From NCBI GenBank assembly GCA_963708015.1, contig OY970185.1, positions 127,139-191,138 on the forward strand: DNA of 64,000 nucleotides. Reading direction: 5' to 3'. The notes beneath the pieces are model-generated. The model was given only the letters and a program-made list of their open reading frames with translations, was not told the origin of the DNA and made no database searches. Source of the stretch: an uncultured Chloroflexia bacterium. Its GTDB lineage: Bacteria > Chloroflexota > Limnocylindria > Limnocylindrales > CSP1-4. The translations under genes were made by a program, and so were the position numbers. Below, in pieces: positions 1-9,978 of this stretch (positions within the stretch are counted from its first letter, which is position 1; each line of letters starts with the position of its first letter).

Positions 1-485
1 GCGACGTTGGCCGTGATCGTCGGAGCGACGGCGGCCAGGACGGCGGAGGCAACCAACGCCGCCAGCCCGATCCGAGCGAGCCGGCCCCAGCGGCCGGTCG
101 GCAGGCGACCGCTCGGGAATACGATCGTGACCACGAAGAACAGCACGAGCAAGGCGCTGCTCGCCCACGAGGTCAGCGTCGCGATTGCCATCGTCGAGGC
201 CGACACCGTCCCGCCGACGAGCTCTGCCTCGGTCGCGGGGACATTGACGAACGACACGGCGAACGCCCAGGCCAGGGCGATGAGGAGCCAGCCGATCGTG
301 TTGCCCGGCCGACGGATCGCCAGGAATGCGCCCACCGCGGCGTACGGAGCGACCGCGAGGGCGCCATAACCGCTCGCGAGACCGATGATCATGGGCGGGA
401 CGACGATGGCGATCACCGCGATCCGTGCCGCCGGGCCAAGCGGACGGCGATCGCCGCCTTGGGGGGTGTCCCCGTTTCGAACCAT
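1..485 (-). CDS. Multi-pass membrane protein (runs off window start); resembles the membrane sensor region common in Chloroflexota/Actinobacteria
   Basis: Manual translation from ATG at 485: MVRNGDTPQGGDRRPLG...PYAAVGAFLAIRRPGNTIGWLL...VFPSGRLPTGRWG; hydrophobic segments; not in ORF track because truncated. Confidence 0.6.
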   Translation of the reverse strand, partial: MVRNGDTPQGGDRRPLGPAARIAVIAIVVPPMIIGLASGYGALAVAPYAAVGAFLAIRRPGNTIGWLLIALAWAFAVSFVNVPATEAELVGGTVSASTMAIATLTSWASSALLVLFFVVTIVFPSGRLPTGRWGRLARIGLAALVASAVLAAVAPTITANV

Positions 486-587
486 TGCTGCACCCCTGTT
501 GCCGGCATCATGCAAGGGGGCCGTTACAAGAACGTTACGACCCCGCGGGCCTTCCCGAGGCACTATTCCAGGCCAAATGAGCCGCAG

Positions 588-1283
588 CTAGCCTTGGGCG
601 GACTCGGCCCGTCGCTTGATCCCGTTGAGCATCCGGCGCTCCATCGCGAAGTCGCCCAGCTCCATCAGCACGAAGTTGAAGAGCGCCAGGCGCGGAGTCT
701 CCCAGCGGTAGTCCTGCTTCATCCGGGTCACGAGCCGGGTGCCGCCGCCGGGCAGCGGGCGCAGGCGCCAGGTCCAGGTGCTGTCGGGCTTCTCGGTCGG
801 GCTCGGCCGATGGACCCAGACCATCGAGCGATCGGTCTCGAAGGCGGTCACCGTGTAGGCGATCGCCAGCCCGTTGAGCTCCTTGTACATCGGCATCAGG
901 TCGCCGGGGTCCGGGTGCTGGTACTCCTCGAGGACGCGCTCCGCACTTGGCTGACCCGCATTGTCGATCAGGTCGTACGTGTAGAACCCGGCCCGGCGGT
1001 AGCCCAGCTGGACGATCCACGGCCAGACTCGCTCGGGCGGGGCGCCGATCGTGACCGCCCTGGTCGCGACGAACTGGGCCCTCGGGACGACCTCGTCACC
1101 GGGCATTGGGCCGTGGACCTCGTCCGGCCTGGCTCCCCACCGGAGGTGCCAGGCACGGACCAGCGGGGCCGACACGAACCAGGGGATCGCGGTCATGGCG
1201 TCGAGAACCAGGGCGACGTTTGTCGCGGTTCGGTGCCCGGAGAGCCGACTGACCACCTGACCTGAAGCCCTCGCCCCGACCAC
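588..1283 (-). CDS. SRPBCC-family protein
   Basis: WGARPDEVHGPMPGDEVVP...TRAVTIGAPPERVWPWIVQLG...AGFYTYD...MERRMLNGIKRRAE; start uncertain. Confidence 0.7.
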   Translation of the reverse strand: MVGARASGQVVSRLSGHRTATNVALVLDAMTAIPWFVSAPLVRAWHLRWGARPDEVHGPMPGDEVVPRAQFVATRAVTIGAPPERVWPWIVQLGYRRAGFYTYDLIDNAGQPSAERVLEEYQHPDPGDLMPMYKELNGLAIAYTVTAFETDRSMVWVHRPSPTEKPDSTWTWRLRPLPGGGTRLVTRMKQDYRWETPRLALFNFVLMELGDFAMERRMLNGIKRRAESAQG

Positions 1284-1462
1284 CTTCTTCTACTATGGCC
1301 CGTCCAGGAGCCGCTTCCGCCGCCGCGAGGGAACAATCCCACGCTTGAGCTGGTCTTCGGGAGTGCCCTTGGTCCAGAAATGAGCGGGCCGATCCGACCA
1401 TTCGTCGCCCGCACCCCGGGAGAAGCGGTCGAACGCGCATCGGTGCGTCCGACGATCAGCTC

Positions 1463-1828
1463 CTAGCTGCGCCGATTCCCGCCCCGGCCGGCCCGACGCC
1501 GTGCTCGGTACCAGGCGAGGTACTCGATCATCTCGTCGCGCTCGTCGTCGGTCAGGTCGCCGAACAGGGCGGCCGCGACGCCGCCGCCCACCGGCTCCTT
1601 CGCCACGGTCGGCAACGGGTAGCCACTGAGGCTCATCAGCTCCGCATACGGGAGGATCAGGGCCTGGCTGAGTCGGTTCAAGACGTGCGGCGAGGGCTTC
1701 ATCACCCCGCCGCTCTCGAGCTTGCTCAAGTAGGCGCCCGAGATCCCGGCCGCTCGGGCGACATCCGTAGCGGACATCTCTCGCACATCGCGCGTCTGCT
1801 TGAGGACGGCCCCCAACGTCAAGCCCAC
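1463..1828 (-). CDS. XRE-family HTH transcriptional regulator
   Basis: DVARAAGISGAYLSKLESG...KPSPHVLNRLSQAL. Confidence 0.8.
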   Translation of the reverse strand: MGLTLGAVLKQTRDVREMSATDVARAAGISGAYLSKLESGGVMKPSPHVLNRLSQALILPYAELMSLSGYPLPTVAKEPVGGGVAAALFGDLTDDERDEMIEYLAWYRARRRAGRGGNRRS

Positions 1829-1981
1829 GGGCGTCCACCAGAGTTAATGGTAAACATCACAGTTGACAATACCACCCGATCGTGGTTCACTGCAACTCCA
1901 AAGCAGTGGCCGGCGCATCGCCCGGCGGACGTCCTCCTGGACCCCGCTTCCCCGGATGCCTTCTAGAGCACGGAGGAAGCC

Positions 1982-2248
1982 ATGAGCTTCATCGCATGGA
2001 TCGCCGTCGGCGCAATCGCCGGCTTTCTCGCCAACCTGGTCATGGGCTCCCATGAGGGCCTGATCCTGATGGTCATCCTCGGGATCGTCGGGGCCATCGC
2101 CGGCGGCTGGGTCGCCCAGAACGTCCTCAAGCTCGGCAGCGTGACCGGGATCAACATCGAGAGCATCTTGATCGCCACGGTCGGCGCGATCGTCGTCGTG
2201 TTCGCGGCTCGCCTGCTGTCAGGCCGCCGGGCCGTCAGCCTGGGCTGA
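1982..2248 (+). CDS. GlsB/YeaQ/YmgE (transglycosylase-associated) membrane protein
   Basis: WIAVGAIAGFLA...ILGIVGAIAGG...ATVGAIVV; GGAGG RBS upstream. Confidence 0.85.
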   Translation: MSFIAWIAVGAIAGFLANLVMGSHEGLILMVILGIVGAIAGGWVAQNVLKLGSVTGINIESILIATVGAIVVVFAARLLSGRRAVSLG

Positions 2249-2317
2249 CCGGCCGCCCAATCGGACCGGTCCAACGGCGCTCACCAACGGGTCTGTCCGC
2301 GCGACCCAGATCGAGGA

Positions 2318-2638
2318 ATGATCTCCATGACTACAGCGACCATGGTTGACCTGCGAGAGGGTCCTGACCCCGACCGCGAGGCGGCTCGCATCCGACTTCC
2401 CCGGCGGCCGACCCTGGCCGGCGCCGCGGGCCTCGGCGCGACCCTCCAGCTGCTTCCGAACTCCATGCTCCGCTCGTTGGCGGCAACCTCGGTCGGCCTG
2501 GCCGCAGGCTTCTACCTCGCGCGGGCCCCACGGCTGATGATTGCCGCTGGCGCCGCACCGGCGGTGGTCATGGCGGCGGCGATGATCCTCCGCCCGATCG
2601 AGCCCGCGGCGAACTTGGACGAGACGAGCGGCATCTAG
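2318..2638 (+). CDS. Hypothetical small membrane protein
   Basis: GAGG RBS before ATG; two hydrophobic segments. Confidence 0.5.
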   Translation: MISMTTATMVDLREGPDPDREAARIRLPRRPTLAGAAGLGATLQLLPNSMLRSLAATSVGLAAGFYLARAPRLMIAAGAAPAVVMAAAMILRPIEPAANLDETSGI

Positions 2639-2695
2639 AGTCAGCCATCTATTCGGTGAGTGGCTCGCCGCTGGGGCCGAGCGACTCGATCCCGG

Positions 2696-3085
2696 TCAGG
2701 ATCGGCTCCGGTACCAGACCAGCCCGCCGAGATAGGTGACCCCGAAGACGGCGCCCACCCACGCGTACGGCCAGGCGTCACCACCGGCGAACTCGGTCGC
2801 GAGAAACGCCAGGACGAGCACCACGGCCACGACCTGCGCCGCCAGCGACAGCGCTCGAAGGTTGATCGAGGCCCAGCGCTCATCGCGCGGCAGGCCCGAG
2901 AGCAGGCTCGCCAGGTCGGATCTCGACTGGAGGACCCGCAGGGCGATCGCATAGCCTGCGACCACGCCAAAGGCAATGATCGCCTGGGCCGGGCTCGCGT
3001 TCCGGCCCAGCTCGGCCGCGGCGATCAGCAGGCCGAGGATGAAGCCAACGATCGGGACGAGCCACCTAGACATGTTCGTCGTCAT
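2696..3085 (-). CDS. Membrane protein partner of XRE regulator (DUF2178-like)
   Basis: MTTNMSRWLVP..., four TM segments, RDERW motif; overlaps upstream HTH gene; GAGG RBS. Confidence 0.7.
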   Translation of the reverse strand: MTTNMSRWLVPIVGFILGLLIAAAELGRNASPAQAIIAFGVVAGYAIALRVLQSRSDLASLLSGLPRDERWASINLRALSLAAQVVAVVLVLAFLATEFAGGDAWPYAWVGAVFGVTYLGGLVWYRSRS

Positions 3086-3266
3086 GGAAGACCTCCTCGA
3101 TGGGTCGACCGAAGAACCGGGCGATTGCGAAGGCCAACGGCAGCGAGGGGAGGTATCGCCCCGTCTCGATCGCGTTGATCGTCTGGCGGGAAACACCCAG
3201 GGCCTGGGCCAACTGTCCCTGGCTCAGGGCTCGGGCCTCGCGCAGCGCTCGCAGCTCGTTCGTCAT
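3066..3266 (-). CDS. Small XRE-family HTH regulator
   Basis: LSQGQLAQALGVSRQTINAIETGRYLPSLPLAFAIARFF. Confidence 0.9.
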   Translation of the reverse strand: MTNELRALREARALSQGQLAQALGVSRQTINAIETGRYLPSLPLAFAIARFFGRPIEEVFHDDEHV

Positions 3267-3268
3267 GC

Positions 3269-3312
3269 TGTAAAGGTACCTTGTCAGGTCGAAGTGTCAA
3301 GGACCTTTGTCA
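3269..3312 (-). promoter_or_regulatory. Sigma70-type leaderless promoter overlapped by two imperfect 18-bp palindromic operators
   Basis: Minus strand: TGACAAAGGTCCTTGACA cttcgacc TGACAAGGTACCTTTACA gc ATG; TTGACA-N16-TACCTT-N6-ATG. Confidence 0.65.
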
Positions 3313-3353
3313 CTCGCACGACGGGCCGATCGGCCCCCCTCTGGGTGGCTCGC

Positions 3354-3998
3354 TCAGACCGGCTGACGAATGATCGTCTTGAGGCGTTCGGGAGCTGTTC
3401 GGTTCGGGTCGCTGAGGTAGATCTCGTGGTGGCAGCCACGGGGTTGGAGGCCGGCTGCGGCAATGGCGTGTTGGAGCGCCACGATCGTGGCCGGCTCCGA
3501 TGCGTACGTTCCAACGTGCAGCGTCTGCGCAGCTGGACCCTCTTCCCAGCGCTCGACACGTAGGAGATGAAGCGCCGCCGGCGCCTTCCTGGAGGCGACC
3601 TCGGCGAACGCGACGTCGATCTCCTCCGCGGTGGCGGCCTCGGGAACCGGCAAAAGAAGGCGCCAGTGCCAATCGCCGGGGTCGTGCTGCTCAAACTCGC
3701 CGGCCTGGGTCGGCCCCTCGGTCAGAGCGAACCAGTAGAGGCCTTCGACGGCCCCGACCCGGGCCGCGACACCGCGCCGTTTCAACCCAAAGTGGACCGC
3801 ATAAGCGACGGGAAACAATGCGCCGAATGCCGCCTGGAAGGCCGGGTTTCCCGGTGCTCCCTGGCCGTCGATCATGAAGTAGCGTCGCTCGGGCACGATC
3901 AGGAACCGGGTCTGGCCGGACTTGGCGGCGAGCAGCCCGGCGTTGTCCGTCGGGCGGTCGAACTGGACGTGGTCCGGTGCCGTGGCAACGATCGTCAT
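3354..3998 (-). CDS. GyrI-like small-molecule-binding domain protein
   Basis: YFMIDGQGAPG...VEGLYW...W.WRLLL...EGPAAQTLHVGTYASE...HHEIYLSDPNRTAPERLKTIIRQPV; GGAGG RBS. Confidence 0.8.
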   Translation of the reverse strand: MTIVATAPDHVQFDRPTDNAGLLAAKSGQTRFLIVPERRYFMIDGQGAPGNPAFQAAFGALFPVAYAVHFGLKRRGVAARVGAVEGLYWFALTEGPTQAGEFEQHDPGDWHWRLLLPVPEAATAEEIDVAFAEVASRKAPAALHLLRVERWEEGPAAQTLHVGTYASEPATIVALQHAIAAAGLQPRGCHHEIYLSDPNRTAPERLKTIIRQPV

Positions 3999-4146
3999 CC
4001 CAAACCCTCCGGTGTTCGAGATCGCCGAGCCGGATGAGGCGACCCTTTCACTCGGAATCGTCCGCTCGGCAAGGCGTGCCCGCCAGTGCCATCGGTCATC
4101 CCTCGCGGACTGTCCCGAGCCCCGTCGATCAGGACGGGGCTGCGCC

Positions 4147-5664
4147 TCAGGAGATTGTGCGCAGGGCCGGCCACATCGTGGTCCACGGTGCCTTGAGGCC
4201 AGTGCACACCGAGACGGTCTCGCCCTGCATCGAATTCGAGACGTCGAGCCCATTGTCGACGGTCGCAACCGCCTGGCAGCCGGTGAAGTAGTTGGGATAA
4301 TCGGTGGGGCGCCAATCGCCCACGTGGATGACGATCGTCCGATCCGGCGGCGGAGGTCCCCACGACCAGTAGCTGTTGTGCCCTGAATAGACGGGCGGCA
4401 GGCCGGTGCCCAGGAGGATCAGCGGGCTCGCCTCGCTGTAGTCGTTGGTCAGGATCACCGCGTGGGCGCGTTCGTCCGCGGGCAGCGCGGCTACGACTCG
4501 CTCGACCGTGGCCACGTACTCGGGCCAACCGACCTGCTCGGCCAGGGTCGGGTCCAAGGTCGGGAGCGAGGTCGTCGCGAACGTCGCAACCGGCAGGACC
4601 GGCAGGGTCAGGTAGACCATCAGGGCACCGGAGAGCACCGCAGCGATCGTGAACGTCGCGGCGCGCAGGCGTCGACGGCCGCGCCCGATCCAGCGGTCGA
4701 GGAGGACTGCCCCGGCGGCCATGAACGGGGCCAGGATCCCGATCCCGTAGTACGCCTTGCCGCCGCTGACGACGACGAGCAGGAGGACGACGACGCCGGC
4801 GATCCCGATCGCCCGCCAGGGTGCCGCGGCACTCGCGCGGAGCAGCCAGGCCCAGCCGGCGATGCTGATCGGGAAGAGGAAGAACCCGGCGGACAGCCAC
4901 AGCGTCGGCACGATCGCGGCCCGGTTGTCCGCGGCGTACCCGCCGATCGCCTGGGCCATCGTGAGCTGGGGCCAGCCATTGGCCGACTGCCAGGCGAGGT
5001 TCGGGGCCCAGAGCAGGAGCGCGATCCCGATCGCCGACCACGCCCAACGCGAGCGGATCACGTCCCAGCGCCGGGCGAGAATGAGCCCGACGGCGAGCCC
5101 GGCTCCGAGGAACAGGAGGGTGTCCTTGTTCTCGAGGCCGATCCCGGTCACCAGGCCCACGAGCAGCCACAGCCGTCGATCGGCGCCGGCCAGGAGCTTC
5201 ACGAGCAGCCACAGGACAAGGGCCCAGGCCAGAAGATCGGGCTCGGTCGTCGTGTCCAGGTGGCCCGCGGCGAGATAGCCTGAGACCGAGGCCGTGATCG
5301 CGGCGAGGATCTGGGCCCGCCGCGTTCCGCCCAGATCACCCGCCATCAGCGCGATCAGGACGACAACGAGGCCCATCTCGAGGGCGGGCAGGAGGCGGAC
5401 CGCGGTCGGCGAGACACCGAGCAGGGCGACCGACGCGGCCGAGAGCAACGGGGTCAGCGGCGGCTGGTCGACGTAGCCGAATGCCGGGTGCTGGCCCGCA
5501 ACGACGTAGTACATCTCGTCGCCGTGGAAGCCGTACTCACCCGCCACGGCCAACAGCGCGACGGTCATCAGGCCGGCCACGAGAAGCACGGGCCATGGGA
5601 CGGGTATCCGGACCAAACGGTTCTCGGGTCGGGCGGCTGAGGCTGCCAGGGTGAGCGTCTCCAA
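4147..5664 (-). CDS. GT-C glycosyltransferase (family 39 / PMT_2-like)
   Basis: YGFHGDEMYY...AFGYVDQPPLTP...GLENK...PNLAWQ...GKAYY...YSGHNSYWSWGPP; many TM segments. Confidence 0.85.
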   Translation of the reverse strand: METLTLAASAARPENRLVRIPVPWPVLLVAGLMTVALLAVAGEYGFHGDEMYYVVAGQHPAFGYVDQPPLTPLLSAASVALLGVSPTAVRLLPALEMGLVVVLIALMAGDLGGTRRAQILAAITASVSGYLAAGHLDTTTEPDLLAWALVLWLLVKLLAGADRRLWLLVGLVTGIGLENKDTLLFLGAGLAVGLILARRWDVIRSRWAWSAIGIALLLWAPNLAWQSANGWPQLTMAQAIGGYAADNRAAIVPTLWLSAGFFLFPISIAGWAWLLRASAAAPWRAIGIAGVVVLLLVVVSGGKAYYGIGILAPFMAAGAVLLDRWIGRGRRRLRAATFTIAAVLSGALMVYLTLPVLPVATFATTSLPTLDPTLAEQVGWPEYVATVERVVAALPADERAHAVILTNDYSEASPLILLGTGLPPVYSGHNSYWSWGPPPPDRTIVIHVGDWRPTDYPNYFTGCQAVATVDNGLDVSNSMQGETVSVCTGLKAPWTTMWPALRTIS

Positions 5665-5771
5665 AGAGCGTGCCGCGGTCGTCTTGCACGAAGTGCCGGA
5701 TCACGCCCGTTGGTTCCACGATAGTCGCTGGCGGCCGACTCGCGGATTCACCTGCCGGATACGATGGCCTC

Positions 5772-6275
5772 ATGGATGTGAGCGCCACCCTCACCACCTG
5801 GCAGGAGTTCTTCGTGGTCCTCGCCGGCGTGGCAGCCGTCCTCCTCGGACTCGTATTCGTTGGGGTGTCGATCCAGTCGGGCAACCAGGTGAGGTCCGGT
5901 CGCAATTGGGATCTCGCGGTCTCGTCCGCGACGAGCCTCTTCTACGCGCTCGTGATCGCGCTCGCGTTGATCATCCCCGAAGGGCGACCCGTGGCCCAGG
6001 GGGTCCTGGTCGTTTGCTTTTGGGTTCTCGGGTTGGCCTCATCTCGCGGTGCCTTCAAGACGGCCGGAAGTGGCGCTTGGTCCCGGTCCCAGCGGAGGTT
6101 CCGGTTCCTGACGCCCCTGGCAGCGATGGTCGTGCTGATCGTCGGGGGCGTGGCGCTCGTCGTTGGGTGGGCGCCGGCGGTCTGGCTGACGGCCGGCGCG
6201 GCGTTTACCCACATCGCGATCGGAACCCAGAACGCCTGGGACCTGCTTCTCGGCGGCGCCGCGCCGAACGAATAG
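5772..6275 (+). CDS. Hypothetical membrane protein
   Basis: WQEFFVVLAGVAAVLLGLVFVGVSI...NAWDLL; TACGAT 6 nt before ATG. Confidence 0.7.
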   Translation: MDVSATLTTWQEFFVVLAGVAAVLLGLVFVGVSIQSGNQVRSGRNWDLAVSSATSLFYALVIALALIIPEGRPVAQGVLVVCFWVLGLASSRGAFKTAGSGAWSRSQRRFRFLTPLAAMVVLIVGGVALVVGWAPAVWLTAGAAFTHIAIGTQNAWDLLLGGAAPNE

Positions 6276-6345
6276 ATCAGCCGCGCCTCGACCAGGGCGG
6301 ATGGCTGGGCTCGTCGCTGACTCGAGATTCCGCTACGCTCCGGTC

Positions 6346-9300
6346 GTGATCTGCTCGAGCTGCGGAACCGAGAACAGGCCAGGTCGGAAGTTCTGCTCGG
6401 AGTGTGCCGCAGCCCTGGCGATCATCTGCCCTGCATGTGGTGCGGCCAATGAACCAGCCGACCGGTTCTGCGGCGAGTGCGCGACGCCGCTGACCCAGGA
6501 CGTGGCCACGCCAAGCATCGTTGGCGTGGTTCGAGTTGCTACGGCCGGGCAGCCGCCAGTCGTGGCCGACGCCCCCGTCGCCGAGCGCCGCCTGGTGTCG
6601 GTCCTGTTCGCCGATCTCGTCGGCTTCACCACGATCGTCGAGGGCCACGATGCCGAGGAGACTCGCGAGCTCCTGAGCAGATATTTCGAACTCGCTCGGG
6701 AAGTGATCGGACGCTATGGCGGCACCGTCGAGAAGTTCATCGGCGATGCGGTGATGGCCGTCTGGGGGGCGCCCGTCGCCCACGAGGACGACGCAGAGCG
6801 GGCCGTCCGGGCGGGGCTCGATCTCGTCGATGCGGTCCAGACGCTCGGCCCGCAGATCAAGGCACGGGCCGGTGTGCTGACCGGTGAAGCCGCCGTGACG
6901 ATCGGCGCCACGAACCAGGGCATGGTCGCGGGTGACCTCGTGAACACGGCCTCGAGGCTCCAGTCGGTCGCCCAGCCAGGAACCGTCCTCGTCGGGGAAG
7001 CGACCCAGCGTGCGGCCTCCAAGGCCATCGCGTTCGAGGAAGCCGGAGAGCAGCAGCTCAAGGGCAAGCAGGCCCCGGTCGAGGCCTGGCGCGCCCTGCG
7101 CGTGGTCGCGGAGCTCGGCGGTCGGAACCGGGCCGATGTCCTGGAGGCCCCGTTCGTCGGCCGGGAAGAGGAGCTGCGGCTGATCAAGGACCTGTTCCAT
7201 GCCACGAGCCGCGAGAAGCGCGCGCGGCTGGTGAGCGTGATCGGGGCGGGCGGGATCGGCAAGACGCGCCTGGCCTGGGAGTTCAGCAAGTACGCCGACG
7301 GCCTGGTCGAGAGCGTCTGGTTCCACGATGGCCGCTCCCCCGCCTACGGCGACGGGATCAGCTTCTGGGCGCTCGGCGAGATGGTCCGCGGTCGATGCCG
7401 TCTGTTGGAGACCGACGACGAGGCGACGACCCGGAGCAAGGTGACCGAGACGGTCGCCCGCCACGTGCCCGACCCGGCCGAGCGGCTCTGGATCGAGCCG
7501 GCCCTCCTCGCACTCCTGGGGGTCGAGTCGGGGATGGGCTCGGAGCAGCTCTTCGGCGCCTGGCGGACGTTCTTCGAACGATTGGCCGAGACGTCGCCCG
7601 TGATCATGGTCTTCGAGGACTTTCACCACGCGGATTCGGGCCTGGTCGACTTCATCGACTATCTCCTCGAGTGGTCGCGCAACCTGCCGATCTACATCGT
7701 CACCCTGGCCCGGCCCGAATTCCTCGAGCGGCGACCCGACTGGGGCGCCGGCAAGCGCAGCTTCATCTCGCTCCACCTCGAGCCCCTGACGGCCGAGGCG
7801 ATGCGCGAGCTCCTGGCCGGCCTCGTCCCCGGACTGCCCCGGAACGCCGAGCGGGCGATCATCGCCCGGGCAGATGGCATTCCGCTGTACGCGGTCGAGA
7901 CGGTCCGGATGTTGCTGGCGGAGGGCAAGCTCCGGCTCGAGGACGGCGTCTATCGCCCGATCGGCGACCTGGACGAGCTGGCGGTCCCGGAGACGCTCAC
8001 GGCCCTCATTGCCTCGCGCCTCGATGCCCTCCCGGCCGACGAGCGAGCGATCGTGTCGGACGCCGCGGTGCTCGGCCAGACGTTCTCGGTCCAAGGCCTG
8101 GCGGCGGTCAGCGGCCAATCCGGGGAAGACCTGGCGCCCCACCTCCGATCGCTCGTCCGGCGCGAGATCCTGACGGTCGAGTCCGACCCGCGCAGCCCCG
8201 ACCGCGGCCAGTACGGCTTCGTCCAGGGCCTGATCCGCGAGGTTGCCTATCACGCCCTGGCCAAGCGCGATCGGAAGACCCGCCACCTCGCGGCCGCACG
8301 CTACCTAGAGAGCCTGGGCAGCGACGAACTGGCCGGGGCCCTCGCCGGCCACTACCTCGCGGCCCATGCCAACGCACCTGCCGGGGCGGAGGCCGAGGCC
8401 CTCGCGGCCCAGGCGCGAGTCACGCTCGGGGCCGCGGCCGAACGAGCCGCGGCCTTGGCCGCCAACGGCCCCGCGACCGACTTCTTCGAACAGGCCCTCC
8501 TCGTCACGAGCGACCCCGGTGAGCGCGCGGCGCTGCTCCTGCGAGCTGGCGCGGTGGCTTCGGCCGCGAGCCGGCACGCCGACAGCTTCGACTTTCTCAA
8601 GGAGGCCGTCTCGCTCTACGAGGCTCTCGGCGATCGCGTCGGCCAATGCCGGGCAACGGCCGAGCTGGGTCGGGTCCTCGTAAACGCCAGCGATACCGCG
8701 GCCGGGCTGGCGCTCCTGGCGCCTGCCGTCGACGAATTCTCGGACCTGGTCGATGACCCGGCCGGGATCGCGCTCTGGGCCCAGCTGGCCCGCGCCCAGT
8801 TCCTGTTCGCCCAGGGGCCCGAGTCGATCGTCACCGCCGACGCCACCCTGGCCCGCGCCGAGGCCCTCGACCTGGTTCCGGTGATTGCCGACCTGCTCGT
8901 GACCAAGGGCACGGCACTCGGCATGCTCGGCCGGCCGCGAGAAGGCTTTGGCATCCTGGAGGCCGGCCGGCAGCTGGCCGAATCGGCCGGGCTCACGTTC
9001 ACGATCCTGCGGGCCGCCCTGAACTCGACCGGGTTCACGACGGATTCCGACCCGCGAGCGACGCTCATCGTCGCCCGCCGAGGCTTCGACCTGGCCGTGC
9101 GGCTGGGTAGCCCGAGCTTCCTGCTGGCGTTCCAGGAAGCGATCGCCTCGCTCTCGCTGCGCACGGGCGACTGGGCGGGCGGACTGGCGATCGCAACCGA
9201 GGCACTCGATGGTGCGACGCCGGCGGACGCGTTCCACCTGCGTGCGGTACAGGCCCAGTTCGCCATCCTTCGCGGGGCGCCCGGCGCACCGCTGCTCGCG

Positions 9301-9903
9301 GAGATCGAACGCGACCTCGGGCCGGCAACCGACCCGCAGACCGTGAGCCACCTGCCAATCGCTCAGGCGATCACGGCCCTCGCCAGCGGCGAAGTCCGGC
9401 TCGCGCGGGCCGCGACCGACCGGCTCGAGCTCATCTTCCCCCCGTGGGCCGACCTGATCGGCGAGATGGTCCTCGCCCGAGCCTGCCTGTGGGCGGGCGA
9501 TCAGGCCGGGGCAGAGCAGGCGCTCGGCCGGCTCCAGCAGGTCGCGAGCCATGGCCCAGGAGTGGACACCGTGCGCCAGGCCGTCGCGGCGGGCGTGGCG
9601 GTCCTGGCCGGCCGCCCGGACGAGGCCCGCACCGGCTACCGCTCGTCACTCCGGCTGGCCCGAGAGTTCGGGCTCGGGTTCGATGAGGTCCTGACGGTCA
9701 TCGACATGGCGACGCTGCTCGGTCCCGACGACCCCGATGTCCAGGCGCTGGCCGATGGGGCTCGCGAGACCCTCGTCCGACTCGAAGCCCAGCCGCTCCT
9801 CGCCCGGCTCGATGCCGCCCTTGCTCGATCCGGGGCATCGCCCGCCGGGCGTGGGCTCGATCGAACGACGTTGACTGAGTCGGCGGCCACGACCCAGGCG
9901 TAG
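6346..9903 (+). CDS. Double zinc ribbon + class III adenylate/guanylate cyclase + STAND/AAA ATPase + TPR-like protein (copy 1, intact)
   Basis: Four CxxC pairs; FADLVGFT, EKFIGDAVMA, GDLVNTASRLQ; Walker A GAGGIGKT, Walker B MVFEDFH; GIPLY; helical C-terminus. Confidence 0.9.
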   Translation: MICSSCGTENRPGRKFCSECAAALAIICPACGAANEPADRFCGECATPLTQDVATPSIVGVVRVATAGQPPVVADAPVAERRLVSVLFADLVGFTTIVEGHDAEETRELLSRYFELAREVIGRYGGTVEKFIGDAVMAVWGAPVAHEDDAERAVRAGLDLVDAVQTLGPQIKARAGVLTGEAAVTIGATNQGMVAGDLVNTASRLQSVAQPGTVLVGEATQRAASKAIAFEEAGEQQLKGKQAPVEAWRALRVVAELGGRNRADVLEAPFVGREEELRLIKDLFHATSREKRARLVSVIGAGGIGKTRLAWEFSKYADGLVESVWFHDGRSPAYGDGISFWALGEMVRGRCRLLETDDEATTRSKVTETVARHVPDPAERLWIEPALLALLGVESGMGSEQLFGAWRTFFERLAETSPVIMVFEDFHHADSGLVDFIDYLLEWSRNLPIYIVTLARPEFLERRPDWGAGKRSFISLHLEPLTAEAMRELLAGLVPGLPRNAERAIIARADGIPLYAVETVRMLLAEGKLRLEDGVYRPIGDLDELAVPETLTALIASRLDALPADERAIVSDAAVLGQTFSVQGLAAVSGQSGEDLAPHLRSLVRREILTVESDPRSPDRGQYGFVQGLIREVAYHALAKRDRKTRHLAAARYLESLGSDELAGALAGHYLAAHANAPAGAEAEALAAQARVTLGAAAERAAALAANGPATDFFEQALLVTSDPGERAALLLRAGAVASAASRHADSFDFLKEAVSLYEALGDRVGQCRATAELGRVLVNASDTAAGLALLAPAVDEFSDLVDDPAGIALWAQLARAQFLFAQGPESIVTADATLARAEALDLVPVIADLLVTKGTALGMLGRPREGFGILEAGRQLAESAGLTFTILRAALNSTGFTTDSDPRATLIVARRGFDLAVRLGSPSFLLAFQEAIASLSLRTGDWAGGLAIATEALDGATPADAFHLRAVQAQFAILRGAPGAPLLAEIERDLGPATDPQTVSHLPIAQAITALASGEVRLARAATDRLELIFPPWADLIGEMVLARACLWAGDQAGAEQALGRLQQVASHGPGVDTVRQAVAAGVAVLAGRPDEARTGYRSSLRLAREFGLGFDEVLTVIDMATLLGPDDPDVQALADGARETLVRLEAQPLLARLDAALARSGASPAGRGLDRTTLTESAATTQA

Positions 9904-9936
9904 AGCGCTCTAGCGGTTCCCGATGGGCATTGAACC
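9872..9936. repeat. Degenerate 65-bp direct repeat, left copy (partner 15852-15916)
   Basis: Manual alignment: 58/65 identical to 15852-15916. Confidence 0.85.
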
Positions 9937-9978
9937 TCGAGGGATCGACGACCGGAAATTGGGCCTACCATCCGCTGA

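Noticed and set aside
1293-1462. Possible gene remnant downstream of the XRE gene at 1463
   Set aside because: RBS-like GGAG is present but no recognisable product in any frame.
6277-9552. Long antisense ORFs (669 aa, 415 aa) opposite the cyclase gene, and similar ones at 25255-27348, 40097-41809 and 57629-58960
   Set aside because: Shadow ORFs expected in high-GC DNA; no motifs, and they fully overlap well-supported genes.
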